From Eubacteriales bacterium (GTDB lineage: Bacteria > Bacillota > Clostridia > Oscillospirales > CAG-272): DNA of 64,000 nt. Below are positions 39,325-49,730 of the stretch, one piece after another. How positions within the stretch are numbered: the first letter of the stretch is position 1; the number at the start of each line of letters is the position of its first letter. Location: assembly GCA_031549925.1 (NCBI GenBank), contig JAVBPA010000006.1, forward strand, positions 1 through 64,000, written 5' to 3'. The notes beneath the pieces are model-generated. The model ran no database searches and was not told where the DNA came from. It was given only the letters and a program-made list of their open reading frames with translations. The position numbers and the translations under genes are program-made.

Positions 39325-40094
39325 GACATAAGGTTCCATTCTTCAGGATCAAATTTAAATCCGTTGTGATAACGTTCATTATTATATTCTTCTTTTTTGG
39401 GTATCCATTTTTCAAGATCTATGTTGTATAAATTAGCAATTGCTATAATATAATAAATCATATCCCATAATTCTTCTTCTAAAGTGTTTTTTATATTTTT
39501 ATTATCGGCTCTGTTAGGACCGTTTATTAACTGACGGGCAAGCTCTCCCGCTTCCTCAATAAGTTTTATGAAATATATATTTTCGAATCCGTTTTTATTA
39601 TCCTTGCTTTTTATGTATGCCTGTAAATATTTAATTGTGATATATCCCCGTTCGATCATAAAAGAATTATCTTTTTCAAATCCCAAATCAATTATAGAAG
39701 AACTGTTTATCATTTCAATAAACCTGTTTCTTATAAATATAGGGTATAAGGGAATATCAAATGACAATTTAACCCATTCACTTCCTTTTTGATTTACATC
39801 TTGATTTGTGGGTTTTTGTTTTATATTGTTTTCTAAGATACATAAAAATACGTGATAAATTTTATGTATTCCTCCGCAGATACGTTCGCCGATCGCAGCC
39901 ATTTTTTTTATTTTTACCTTATATCCCGTTTCTTCAAGACATTCTCTGATAACGGTTTCCTGCATGCTTTCGCCTTCATTCTGACCACCTCCGGGTAAAA
40001 TATAATATTTTTCTCCCTGTTCGTTTACGGAATAATTCAATAAAACTTCTCCGTTGTTTATTATTATTGCCTTGCAGGAATTTTTTACATTCAT
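39321..40094 (-). CDS. Fusion protein: N-terminal NUDIX hydrolase plus C-terminal MazG-like nucleotide pyrophosphohydrolase domain
   Basis: Nudix box GGGQNEGESMQETVIRECLEETG in the N-terminal half. MazG-type motifs EEAGELA and EELWDMIYYIIAIAN in the C-terminal half. Confidence 0.6.
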   Translation of the reverse strand: MNVKNSCKAIIINNGEVLLNYSVNEQGEKYYILPGGGQNEGESMQETVIRECLEETGYKVKIKKMAAIGERICGGIHKIYHVFLCILENNIKQKPTNQDVNQKGSEWVKLSFDIPLYPIFIRNRFIEMINSSSIIDLGFEKDNSFMIERGYITIKYLQAYIKSKDNKNGFENIYFIKLIEEAGELARQLINGPNRADNKNIKNTLEEELWDMIYYIIAIANLYNIDLEKWIPKKEEYNNERYHNGFKFDPEEWNLMS

Positions 40095-40220
40095 TTTTAC
40101 TTCTTCCGAATCTATATATTTTATTTTTTATTATAAAACAATTGTAAAGCCAAAACATCAAAGCATAAAAATATTTTTGATTTTAATCATAATATAGTTT
40201 AATACAAAAAATGTATCATA

Positions 40221-41276
40221 TTAATATAAAAACATAGCATCGCCGTATGAAAAAAATCTGTATTTATTTTTTACCGCTTCGCTGTAAGCATTCAAAATTA
40301 TATCTCTTGATGAAAAAGCTGATACAAGCATTAAAAGTGTACTTTCCGGCAAATGAAAATTTGTTATCAAAGCGTTTGTTATTTTAAATTTATAACCCGG
40401 ATAAATATATATTCCCGTCCAACCCGAAAAAGGATGTACCTTACCTTCTTCATTTGAAACACTTTCCAATACTCGGCAGGAGGTTGTTCCTACAGCTATT
40501 ATTCTCTGCGTTCTATTGTTTATTATCTCAGCGTTCTCCGCTGTTATTTCTATATATTCTGAATGCATTTGATGTTCTGTTATATTTTCTTCTTTAACAG
40601 GACGGAAAGTTCCGAGACCTACATGTAACAAAACTCTGGCTATTTTAACTCCAATTTTTTCAATATCACAAAGTAATTGCTGTGTAAAATGCAATCCTGC
40701 TGTCGGAGCCGCGGCGGAACCGTTTATCTTTGCGTATACTGTTTGATATCTTTCCTTTTCGTTGTCGCGTTCCTTTATATAAGGCGGAAGCGGAACTTGT
40801 CCGATTTTATCCAATATTTCGTAAAAATTTCCGTTATATATTAATTTAACGAGACGTCTGCCGTCTGATAATATTTCCGTTATTTCCGCACATAATATAC
40901 CTTCTCCGAATATAATACAAGTACCGATTTTTCCTCTTCTGGCGGGATACATTATTGTCTCCCAAACATTGCCGCTTCTTTCGTTTAAAAGCAACATTTC
41001 CATTTCGATTCCGGTATCGGATTTTTTTCCGATAAGTCTTGCAGGTATAACTTTTGTCTCATTTAAAACGAGAACATCGCCTTTTTTTAAATAATTTTTT
41101 ATATCAGAAAAAATATTATGCGTAATATTACCGTTTTCTTTATTTAAAACAAGCAAGCGGGAATTGTCACGCTTTTCAGCAGGTGTTTGAGCTATGAGTT
41201 CATCGGGAAGCTCATAATAAAAATCTTTCTTTTTTAAATTAGTGGGGAAAAGTTCGTTTTTTATAAGATTATCCAT
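40221..41276 (-). CDS. queA: S-adenosylmethionine:tRNA ribosyltransferase-isomerase
   Basis: The N-terminus [26 protein letters not shown] and the overall length match QueA. Confidence 0.85.
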   Translation of the reverse strand: MDNLIKNELFPTNLKKKDFYYELPDELIAQTPAEKRDNSRLLVLNKENGNITHNIFSDIKNYLKKGDVLVLNETKVIPARLIGKKSDTGIEMEMLLLNERSGNVWETIMYPARRGKIGTCIIFGEGILCAEITEILSDGRRLVKLIYNGNFYEILDKIGQVPLPPYIKERDNEKERYQTVYAKINGSAAAPTAGLHFTQQLLCDIEKIGVKIARVLLHVGLGTFRPVKEENITEHQMHSEYIEITAENAEIINNRTQRIIAVGTTSCRVLESVSNEEGKVHPFSGWTGIYIYPGYKFKITNALITNFHLPESTLLMLVSAFSSRDIILNAYSEAVKNKYRFFSYGDAMFLY

Positions 41277-41384
41277 TTATATTCCGTTTACATATAATAA
41301 AATTAATTAATATTAAATTTGAAACATAATGCAATATTAATTTTAATGCTTGACATATCGTATGAATTATGTTAGCATAGAACG

Positions 41385-41766
41385 CAGATAGAGGCTGCGG
41401 CAAAGATAAGTACCAAACGATTACGATTTGTAAATAATACAAATATAAATATATTAATATTAGATATTAACGTAAATGAAAAGGAAAGGCAATGCCGCCG
41501 AAGAAACAAATTTGTTACGACGACTGTTTGTTTCTGGGACGCAAATGAATAATTTGCGTACTGTCATCATAAAAAACCGTCGAGCTTGCTTTTGCTGCGG
41601 TGTGATGGAGAGCTATCATGTAAAAATATAATCCTTTTATTTTGTCTTTCTATAAATTTTTTATATAGTAATAAAAGGACATATATTAAATTGACAGGTA
41701 AAATAAATTTTACTTTGTTTATTATATTACATGTATAGCCGGTTTTCAACCGGTTTTTTCGTTTTT
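41385..41766 (+). promoter_or_regulatory. Lysine riboswitch (L-box) with a downstream intrinsic terminator, controlling dapA
   Basis: The 5' AGAGGCTGCGG, the internal TGCCGCCGAAG, and the 3' TGGAGAGCTATC match the L-box conserved segments (AGAGGNGC / GCCGAAG / GGAGGGCTATC). A terminator GCCGGTT-TTC-AACCGGT plus T6 lies at 41741-41766, just before the dapA RBS. Confidence 0.65.
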
Positions 41767-41796
41767 AATAAATATTTTTGAAAGGACATTTTTGCT

Positions 41797-42687
41797 ATGA
41801 AAAATAAAACAATATTCCGCGGAGCGGGAGTTGCTGTTGTAACACCGTTTATTAATGATAAAGTAGATTATAATTCACTCGGAAACATAATCGATTACCA
41901 AATAAAATGCGGCACTGACGCTATTGTTATATGCGGAACAACAGGGGAGAGTTCAACTCTGACCGATGAAGAACACCGAATGTGTATCGAATTTGCGGTT
42001 AAACATACGGCGGGACGCGTACCGGTTATAGCCGGAACAGGATCGAACGATACACAATATTCAATTGAATTATCAAAACACGCTTGTGAAGCCGGAGCAG
42101 ATGCGCTGCTTCTAGTAACCCCCTATTATAACAAAGCAACTCAAAAAGGTTTAATAAAAAGCTTTTCGGCAATTGCGGATGCTTCTACAAAACCAATAAT
42201 TTTATATAATGTTCCTCAGAGAACCGGTTGTTCAATAAATGTATCTACATACAAAGAATTGGCAAAACATGAAAATATTGCAGCGGTTAAAGAAGCAAAC
42301 AGCGATATTTCTAAAATCACGGAATTATTTGCGGAATGCGGAGATGAGCTAGATATTTACAGCGGAAATGATGATCAAATCATACCGTTTTTAGCTCTCG
42401 GGGGATGCGGGGTAATTTCTGTTTTATCAAATGTTATGCCTTCGGAAACGCATGAAATTTGTAAGTTATGGTTTGACGGCAAAATAAAAGAAAGCGCTTC
42501 ATTACAATTAAAGTTGATAAAACTGATAAACGCTTTGTTTTGTGAAGTAAATCCTATACCGGTAAAAACAGCAATGGAAGCTCTCGGTTGGTGTAAAGGT
42601 GAAATAAGAATGCCTTTATGCGAAATGGATGATAAAAATAAACAGTTATTGCTTTCTGCTATGCGGGAGCTTGATTTAATAAAATAA
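41797..42687 (+). CDS. dapA: 4-hydroxy-tetrahydrodipicolinate synthase
   Basis: GTTGESSTLTDEEH, and the Schiff-base lysine region YNVPQRTG; 296 aa. Confidence 0.9.
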   Translation: MKNKTIFRGAGVAVVTPFINDKVDYNSLGNIIDYQIKCGTDAIVICGTTGESSTLTDEEHRMCIEFAVKHTAGRVPVIAGTGSNDTQYSIELSKHACEAGADALLLVTPYYNKATQKGLIKSFSAIADASTKPIILYNVPQRTGCSINVSTYKELAKHENIAAVKEANSDISKITELFAECGDELDIYSGNDDQIIPFLALGGCGVISVLSNVMPSETHEICKLWFDGKIKESASLQLKLIKLINALFCEVNPIPVKTAMEALGWCKGEIRMPLCEMDDKNKQLLLSAMRELDLIK

Positions 42688-42707
42688 TTATAATAATTAC
42701 AGAAATG

Positions 42708-42749
42708 GCAATGAATAATATATTAATTAGACTGTATATTATTCATTGC
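42708..42749 (+). terminator. Perfect 15-bp-stem hairpin (possible attenuator or terminator) between dapA and the downstream cassette
   Basis: GCAATGAATAATATA, a 12-nt loop, then TATATTATTCATTGC, followed by TTTAAAATT. Confidence 0.4.
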
Positions 42750-42844
42750 TTTAAAATTAAAAATAAACTTATTTTTCAGTTTATTTAAAGATTTTATCAT
42801 ATCATAAAAAATTTATATAAATAATTATATAAAAAGAGGTTTAT

Positions 42845-45424
42845 ATGGAACGAATGATTTATAAAAAAGAATCCACATCTGAAATATCTTTTCCTCTCGG
42901 AGGAATAGGAACGGGTTCAATAGGACTTGCCGGAAACGGAAGATTAATAGACTGGGAAATTTTTAACAGACCGAATAAAGGTTCTGATAACGGTCACAGC
43001 CATATAGCTGTTAAAGCTACAAAAAACGGAAGACTTATTGATGCCCGTGTTTTAAACGGCGATGTTTATCATGAAATGAGCGGGAAATATGGAAAAGGTT
43101 TCGGTTATGGATTAAATAATTCTTCCATGGCTGGTTTCCCTCATTTTTCTGATTGGACTTTTTGTGGTGAATTTCCTTTTGCGAAACTAAATTTTGGCGG
43201 TGATTTCCCGGGTAATATTTCGCTTACCGCTTTTAATCCTTTTATTGTCAGAAACGAAAATGATTCCGGAATACCGGGAGCGTTTTTTGAAATATCCATT
43301 ACAAACACAACAGAAGATGATATTGATTATTCTGTAGCGTTTTCTCTCCGCAATCCATACGTTAAATCTAAAAATGATTATATTAAATTAAATGAAGGCT
43401 GCGCTATATTCATGACTCAATCGGAAGCTGACGAAAATTCGGCAGGATACGGAGATATTTCTCTTGCAACCGACGGAGGGTGTGACGGAAACGGAAAACC
43501 CGGTATTACATCATATCAGCAATATTGGTTCAGAGGCGGATGGTGGGATCATGTAGAAACATATTGGCGTAATTTTGTTGAACATGATACCTTTGCAAAC
43601 CGTATATATGAAAATCCAGGACATTACGATATTGGAACAATATGTGTTAAAATGAACGCTTGTGCCGGAAAAACGGTTAAAGTAAAATACATAATAACTT
43701 GGAACATTCCTAACATGTATAATTATTGGGACAGATATATCATAAAAGACGAAAATGGAGCGGAAAAAGATTATATCTGGAAAAATTATTATTCCACATT
43801 ATTCGCAAATTCACTTGCAAGCGCAAAATATTCCATTAATAATTGGGACAGGCTTTATAACGATACGAAAAAATATCATGATGAATTATTTTTGTCCTCA
43901 CTTCCGCAGGAAGTAATAGAAGCTGTTTCAGCTACGGTTTCTGTTTTAAAAACTCCGACTGTTTTGCGGGTTGAAAACGGAAATTTTTGGGGTTGGGAAG
44001 GCTGCGGTGAAAATCACGGTTCATGTGACGGAAGCTGTACTCATGTTTGGAATTATGCGTATGCGATGGCATTTTTATTTCCTTCGCTTGAAAGAAATAT
44101 CCGCGATACAGATTATTTATATAATTATTCCGATGACGGAAAAATGACTTTCAGGCAAAAGCTTCCTATGGATAGAGAAAAATGGACTTTCAGAGCTTGT
44201 GTTGACGGTCAAATGGGCGGAATAATTAAAATATACCGTGAATGGAAAATATCCGGAGATAATGAATGGCTGAAAAATAAATGGGAACATGTTAAAAAAT
44301 CGTTGGAATATGCTTGGAGTGATTTAAATCCTGACAAATGGGACGCAAATAAAGACGGAGTTCTTGAAGGAAGACAGCATCATACTCTTGATATGGAATT
44401 GTTCGGACCTTCTTCATGGCTCGAAAGTTTTTATCTGGCAGCTCTTGCCGCGGCTTCCGAAATGGCAGAATTTTTAGGTGAAAAAGAAAAAGCTTTAGAA
44501 TACAATAAATTATTTGAATCGGGTAAAAATTATTCGGATAAATATTTATGGAACGGCGAGTATTTTATACAAAATATCAATATACATGATAAAAGCATAT
44601 TGGAATCTTTTGGAGATGAAGCCGTAAATGCTTATTGGAATAATGAATCAAAACAAATAAAATATCAAATAGGGCAGGGAAGCGAAATAGATCAAATGTG
44701 CGGACAATGGCATGCGGCAATTTGCGGAATTAAAGATATATTTAATCCTGATTTACGTAAAAAAGCTCTTGAATCGATGTACAAAAATAATTTTAAATCA
44801 AATATGCGTAATCATTATAATACTTTTCGTATTTTTGCGCAAAACGATGAATCAGGAGCTGTAATGTGTGATTTCCCGGGAAATATCGAAAAACCTGCTA
44901 TTCCGATTCCCTACGCTCAGGAATGTATGCATGGTTTTGAATATCAGTTCGCGGGTTTGTTAATCAGTGAAGGATTAATTGAAAAAGGCCTTTCTGTAGT
45001 ACGTTCTGTAAGAGACAGATACGCAGGATATAACCGTAATCCCTGGAACGAAATTGAATGCGGATCAAATTACGCGCGTTCAATGGCAAGTTATGCGTTG
45101 ATTCCTATATTATCGGGTTTTTATTTTGACATGCCTAATAACGCAATAGGTTTTGAACCGAAAATAAACAAAGAAGATTTCCGTTGTATTTGGAGCTTAA
45201 ACGATGCTTGGGGTAATATTATTATTAATAAAAACGGAGCGGAATTAAATATATTAGACGGAAAAATTAATATAAAAAAATTTAAGCTTCCTGAATATAT
45301 ATTAAAAAATAATTTGGAAATTATATGTGACAGTAAAAAAATTGATTATTCTGTTGACAAAAATTTTATTATATTTAATAATCTTGAAATGATTGAAAAC
45401 AATTTAAAAATAAAAATAATTTAA
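42845..45424 (+). CDS. GH116-family (GBA2-like) beta-glucosidase / glucosylceramidase-like protein
   Basis: The N-terminal FPLGGIGTGSIGL...WEIFN matches the GBA2-type N-terminal domain. The 859-aa length and a C-terminal (alpha/alpha)6 region are consistent with GH116. No signal peptide. Confidence 0.5.
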   Translation: MERMIYKKESTSEISFPLGGIGTGSIGLAGNGRLIDWEIFNRPNKGSDNGHSHIAVKATKNGRLIDARVLNGDVYHEMSGKYGKGFGYGLNNSSMAGFPHFSDWTFCGEFPFAKLNFGGDFPGNISLTAFNPFIVRNENDSGIPGAFFEISITNTTEDDIDYSVAFSLRNPYVKSKNDYIKLNEGCAIFMTQSEADENSAGYGDISLATDGGCDGNGKPGITSYQQYWFRGGWWDHVETYWRNFVEHDTFANRIYENPGHYDIGTICVKMNACAGKTVKVKYIITWNIPNMYNYWDRYIIKDENGAEKDYIWKNYYSTLFANSLASAKYSINNWDRLYNDTKKYHDELFLSSLPQEVIEAVSATVSVLKTPTVLRVENGNFWGWEGCGENHGSCDGSCTHVWNYAYAMAFLFPSLERNIRDTDYLYNYSDDGKMTFRQKLPMDREKWTFRACVDGQMGGIIKIYREWKISGDNEWLKNKWEHVKKSLEYAWSDLNPDKWDANKDGVLEGRQHHTLDMELFGPSSWLESFYLAALAAASEMAEFLGEKEKALEYNKLFESGKNYSDKYLWNGEYFIQNINIHDKSILESFGDEAVNAYWNNESKQIKYQIGQGSEIDQMCGQWHAAICGIKDIFNPDLRKKALESMYKNNFKSNMRNHYNTFRIFAQNDESGAVMCDFPGNIEKPAIPIPYAQECMHGFEYQFAGLLISEGLIEKGLSVVRSVRDRYAGYNRNPWNEIECGSNYARSMASYALIPILSGFYFDMPNNAIGFEPKINKEDFRCIWSLNDAWGNIIINKNGAELNILDGKINIKKFKLPEYILKNNLEIICDSKKIDYSVDKNFIIFNNLEMIENNLKIKII

Positions 45425-45442
45425 TAAAGGGAGAAAAATAAA

Positions 45443-46267
45443 ATGAATATTAAAACAAAAGTAAAACTCAACAACGGAAACGAAATTCCAATATTCGGAC
45501 TTGGTGTTTTTAAAGCTGTAAACGGAGAAGAAACAGAAAATTCCGTTTTGTGGGCAATCGAAGCTGGATATCGACACATTGATACAGCGGCGATATACGG
45601 CAATGAAGAAGCTGTAGGGAACGCGGTAAAAAAATGCGGTATTCCGCGTGAAGAATTGTTTATCACAACTAAACTCTGGAATGAAGAAATGCGCCGCGGA
45701 AATCAATTGAAAGCTTTTGATGAAAGTTTACGTAAGCTTGGACTCGATTATGTGGATTTGTATTTGATACACTGGCCTGTTAAAGAAGTTTATTTAAAAT
45801 CATGGGAATGTATGGAAAAAATATATGCCTCCGGAAAAGCCAAATCAATCGGAGTTTCCAATTTTAAAGTTTCTCATATGAATAATCTTTTATCGTCATG
45901 TAATATTATACCGGCTGTAAACCAAATGGAATTTAATCCTCAAATGCAGGATTATGATATATTAAATTTATGCCTTAAAAAAAATATTGCTTTTGAATCA
46001 TGGAGTCCGCTCGGGTGCGGAAAATATACTTCCGACAGTGAAATAAGCAAAATAGGTTCAAAATACGGAAAAAGCGCTGTCCAAACAATATTAAGATGGA
46101 TACTTCAAAAAAACATTATAGTTTTTCCGAAATCCGTTAAAAAAGATCATATAATCGAAAACGCTGATATATTTGATTTTGCTTTATCAAATGAAGATTG
46201 TGCTAAAATTGATTCAATGCATACGGGAATAAGATCGGGAGCCGACCCGGATACATTTACATTTTAG
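45443..46267 (+). CDS. Aldo/keto reductase (2,5-diketo-D-gluconate reductase-like)
   Basis: IPIFGLGVFKA...GYRHIDTAAIYGNEEAVG...LIHWP...VSNF are AKR signature segments. Confidence 0.85.
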   Translation: MNIKTKVKLNNGNEIPIFGLGVFKAVNGEETENSVLWAIEAGYRHIDTAAIYGNEEAVGNAVKKCGIPREELFITTKLWNEEMRRGNQLKAFDESLRKLGLDYVDLYLIHWPVKEVYLKSWECMEKIYASGKAKSIGVSNFKVSHMNNLLSSCNIIPAVNQMEFNPQMQDYDILNLCLKKNIAFESWSPLGCGKYTSDSEISKIGSKYGKSAVQTILRWILQKNIIVFPKSVKKDHIIENADIFDFALSNEDCAKIDSMHTGIRSGADPDTFTF

Positions 46268-46303
46268 TTATTTTTTATAAATAACATGAATCGGGGGAAT
46301 TAT

Positions 46304-47761
46304 ATGTTATTCAAAAAATCAATAATTTTTATTATAATATTTTCAATGATGTTAACTGTTTTATCCTGTTCTGAATCGGAAAACGGTTCAAAAACTGATA
46401 CTGAATCCGTTTCGGAAACTACAATTATAAACGAAGAACCGGAAACAGAAATTCCCGCTCCCGATATTCCGGCAATGAATTACGAAGGATATAAGCTAAC
46501 AATTCTTACAAATACAAATTATAATACAAATTTCAGATTAAACATGGAAGACGATGCGGATCCTTTAAATGATGCTTCATATAAAAGAAATCTGGCTTTG
46601 AAAGAAAAATATAATATCGAATTTGAAATTATTGAAAATGATAATTATTTAAAACTTATGTCAAATTCTATAACAGCTTCTGACGGAGCGTATGATTTTA
46701 TATTTCCGCATGCTACAGCGGGAGTAGCGCAAATGATTACTAATAATTATCTCTATAATTGGAATGATGTTGACTATGTAGATTTTACAAAACCTTGGTG
46801 GAACAGTTCAATGACTGAAAATTTATCTATAGGTGATAATTTATACTATGTTTCAGGGGATATTGTTTTAACATGGCAGGGTTTAATTTCTTTGTTATTT
46901 AATAAAGATTTTATTGAAAACAACAATATAGGTATTGATTTTTATCAGCTTGTTTTTGACGGAAGCTGGACATATGATAAATTAAATTCAGTTATAAAAG
47001 GTATGGCTTCCGATTTAAACGGCGACAGCGAAATGGATGACAGGGATATATACGGACTTTTAAAATGTACAGCGAGTTATGCGGATTTGTTCGCAATGAA
47101 TCAGCGCATAACAGAACGTGATGAAAACGGAATTCCGCAATTTTGTTTAAATAGCGAACACATGGCTGATGTTGTTACAAAATATTACAATACCGTATAC
47201 AATCCTGATACTTTTTTGAATACATTTTCAAGTGTTACATACGCAACGGGCACATACCGTTCGATGATACTTGAGGGAAGATCCTTTTTCTCAGAACTTG
47301 ATATCGGATCACTTCATACTTATCTCAGAGAAATAGAACACGAATTTGGAATACTTCCGCTTCCAAAATATGACGAAAACCAAAATAACTACCGTGTATT
47401 CTGCGGAGCCGGATTAATAGGTATACCATCATATGTCACTGATATTAAATTATGCGGAGCAGTGGCAGAAGATATGGCATATTACAGCTATAAATATATG
47501 CGTCCCGCGTTTTTCGATATTGTTTTGCAAAACAAAGCTTTGCGTGACGGAGATTCATACAAAGTATTGCAAATGATGCACGAAAATAAAACATTTGATT
47601 TTGGATTTAATTTTGACAGCACAGGGTTAGCTTTTTCTGTTTTAACTAAAGTTGTTTTGGAAAAAAAGAGTACTGATTTTGCCTCATATTATAAATCAAT
47701 TGAAAAGCAAATAACATCAGCGCTTAATAAAGTTATAGAATCATTTAACCAGGGAGAGTGA
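46304..47761 (+). CDS. Lipoprotein: extracellular solute-binding protein family-1-like (paralog of the gene at 25714-27234), with no permease nearby
   Basis: Lipobox LTVLSCSES, a DLNGDSEMDDRD motif, and clear similarity to the other SBP-like lipoprotein in this window. Confidence 0.5.
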   Translation: MLFKKSIIFIIIFSMMLTVLSCSESENGSKTDTESVSETTIINEEPETEIPAPDIPAMNYEGYKLTILTNTNYNTNFRLNMEDDADPLNDASYKRNLALKEKYNIEFEIIENDNYLKLMSNSITASDGAYDFIFPHATAGVAQMITNNYLYNWNDVDYVDFTKPWWNSSMTENLSIGDNLYYVSGDIVLTWQGLISLLFNKDFIENNNIGIDFYQLVFDGSWTYDKLNSVIKGMASDLNGDSEMDDRDIYGLLKCTASYADLFAMNQRITERDENGIPQFCLNSEHMADVVTKYYNTVYNPDTFLNTFSSVTYATGTYRSMILEGRSFFSELDIGSLHTYLREIEHEFGILPLPKYDENQNNYRVFCGAGLIGIPSYVTDIKLCGAVAEDMAYYSYKYMRPAFFDIVLQNKALRDGDSYKVLQMMHENKTFDFGFNFDSTGLAFSVLTKVVLEKKSTDFASYYKSIEKQITSALNKVIESFNQGE

Positions 47762-47767
47762 ATTTAT

Positions 47768-48868
47768 ATGTTAATAAATCCTAATAAAAGTCATGGAATA
47801 GTATTTAGAAAAGAAAAAAGCATGTATGGTTATCAGGGATGGCCTTCTCTTACCAAAACAGATGACGGAACTTTAATCGCAGCATATTCGGGTTATCGTA
47901 TGCAGCATATATGTCCTTTCGGTAAAACGGTTATAAACAGATCATACGACGAAGGAAAAACATGGACCCCGCAAATAATTATAAATGATTCTCCGCTTGA
48001 CGACCGTGACGCCGGTATTTTAAGCTTAGGTAAAAACAAATTGCTTATTACATTTTTTAATCATCCCGCTTCCGTTATGGAAAAAGATTACATAAACAAT
48101 GTAAAAACAGTATGTTCACCGGATGAAGCTCTTATTTCGCTTTCGCAAATCGCAAGTTATAAAAATTTGTCTGACGAACAAAGAATGGGCGGATCTTTTA
48201 TAAAAATCAGCGAAGACGGGGGAATTACATGGAGTGAAAGAATAAAAATACCGGTTTCAGCTCCGCACGGACCTAATAAATCAGCAGATAATACATTGAT
48301 ATATTTGGGAAAAGAACTTTATTCTGAAGGAGAAGAAGAAAAAGGCGCTATTGCTTTTTATACAAGTCCCGACGGTTATAAATGGTCCCGTGTTTCTAAA
48401 ATTGAAATACCGGAAGGATATAAAGCCGATAATTTCCATGAACCTCATGTTATAGAACTTCCGGGAGGACGTTTATTCGGTACAATCCGCGCTCAAGGCA
48501 GTCCCGTATATCATGGATTTTCGATATTTACTTGTTATTCTGATGATAAAGGCATAACCTGGACTATACCTAAATGTATAGATATATCAGGTTCACCTCC
48601 CCATTTAATGCTACATTCATCCGGAGCGTTGATTTGTTCTTTCGGAAGGAGAGAAGCTCCTTTCGGTGAACGTGCCGTTGTTTCGTATGACGGAGGAGAA
48701 ACTTGGACGGATGAATACGATATCGATAACTGTGTGTCCAGCGGAGATTTAGGTTATCCGGCTTCGGTTGAATTATCGGACGGAAGCATTTTTACATTAT
48801 ATTATCAAGCATATCCGGGAGACAATAAAACATCGATACTATATACAATATGGAATTTGAAAAAATAA
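47768..48868 (+). CDS. BNR/Asp-box repeat protein, exo-alpha-sialidase-like (GH33-like) beta-propeller
   Basis: Four Asp-box repeats: SYDEGKTWT, SEDGGITWS, YSDDKGITWT and SYDGGETWT. No signal peptide. Confidence 0.55.
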   Translation: MLINPNKSHGIVFRKEKSMYGYQGWPSLTKTDDGTLIAAYSGYRMQHICPFGKTVINRSYDEGKTWTPQIIINDSPLDDRDAGILSLGKNKLLITFFNHPASVMEKDYINNVKTVCSPDEALISLSQIASYKNLSDEQRMGGSFIKISEDGGITWSERIKIPVSAPHGPNKSADNTLIYLGKELYSEGEEEKGAIAFYTSPDGYKWSRVSKIEIPEGYKADNFHEPHVIELPGGRLFGTIRAQGSPVYHGFSIFTCYSDDKGITWTIPKCIDISGSPPHLMLHSSGALICSFGRREAPFGERAVVSYDGGETWTDEYDIDNCVSSGDLGYPASVELSDGSIFTLYYQAYPGDNKTSILYTIWNLKK

Positions 48869-48881
48869 ACGGAATTTAATT

Positions 48882-49658
48882 ATGATAAATTTAATAATAA
48901 TTGGTATACGAGGAAGAATGGGGCAGGTTGTCGCGGAAGCTGCTTCGGCAAATCACGAAACATTTAAAATTGCGGCAGGAATTGATATTAATGAAAACGC
49001 GGGAGATCATATTGAAAAATATCCGGTATATCCTTCTCTCCGTGATTTCAGCGGAGAAGCCGATGTTATCATCGATTTTTCTCATCATACTGCTATTGAA
49101 GGAATTTTAACCTATGCGCAAAAAAACCGTTTAGCGGTTGTTATAGCAACGACAGGACATACCGAAGAAGAAAATTTAAAAATAAAGGAAGCTTCTCAAA
49201 AGATTCCGGTTTTTTACAGCCGTAATATGTCCATAGGCGTAAATTTGATTATAGAATTGTGTAAACAAGCAGCGGCAGCGCTTGACGGATTCAACATTGA
49301 AATAATTGAACGCCATCATAATAAAAAGCTAGACGCTCCCAGCGGAACAGCATTAATGATAGCCGAAGCTGTATCTGAATCTGTTGCGGATAAATATTCA
49401 CCTGAATATGTTTATTCACGTAAAGAAAAAAAAGAAGCACGCGGAAAAAATGAAATAGGAATCCATTCGCTTCGTGGAGGAACCATTGTAGGAGATCATG
49501 AAGTTGTATTTGCGGGATGCGATGAAGTTGTTACAATTTCACACAACGCGGCATCTCGTGATATATTTGCACAGGGAGCGATAAGAGCAGCTGTTTTTAT
49601 TATGGGAAAACCAGCGGGGTTTTATTGCATGAAAGATTTAATCGATAAATATATTTAG
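48882..49658 (+). CDS. dapB: 4-hydroxy-tetrahydrodipicolinate reductase
   Basis: Rossmann motif GIRGRMG and catalytic E(R)HHNKKLDAPSGTA. Confidence 0.9.
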   Translation: MINLIIIGIRGRMGQVVAEAASANHETFKIAAGIDINENAGDHIEKYPVYPSLRDFSGEADVIIDFSHHTAIEGILTYAQKNRLAVVIATTGHTEEENLKIKEASQKIPVFYSRNMSIGVNLIIELCKQAAAALDGFNIEIIERHHNKKLDAPSGTALMIAEAVSESVADKYSPEYVYSRKEKKEARGKNEIGIHSLRGGTIVGDHEVVFAGCDEVVTISHNAASRDIFAQGAIRAAVFIMGKPAGFYCMKDLIDKYI

Positions 49659-49669
49659 AACTAAATAAC

Positions 49670-49710
49670 AAAAAAGCCGGGAAACATACAAAAGTTTTTC
49701 GGCTTTTAAT
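49670..49710. terminator. Bidirectional terminator between dapB (+) and rpmA (-)
   Basis: AAAAGCCGGGAAAC, an 8-nt loop, then GTTTTTCGGCTTTT (G-U wobbles allowed), flanked by an A-run and T-rich sequence. Confidence 0.5.
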
Positions 49711-49730
49711 TATTGTTTGTATAAAATTAT

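Noticed and set aside
41567-41749. 60-aa minus-strand ORF between the L-box aptamer and dapA
   Set aside because: Antisense to the riboswitch expression platform, AT-rich chance ORF, no RBS.
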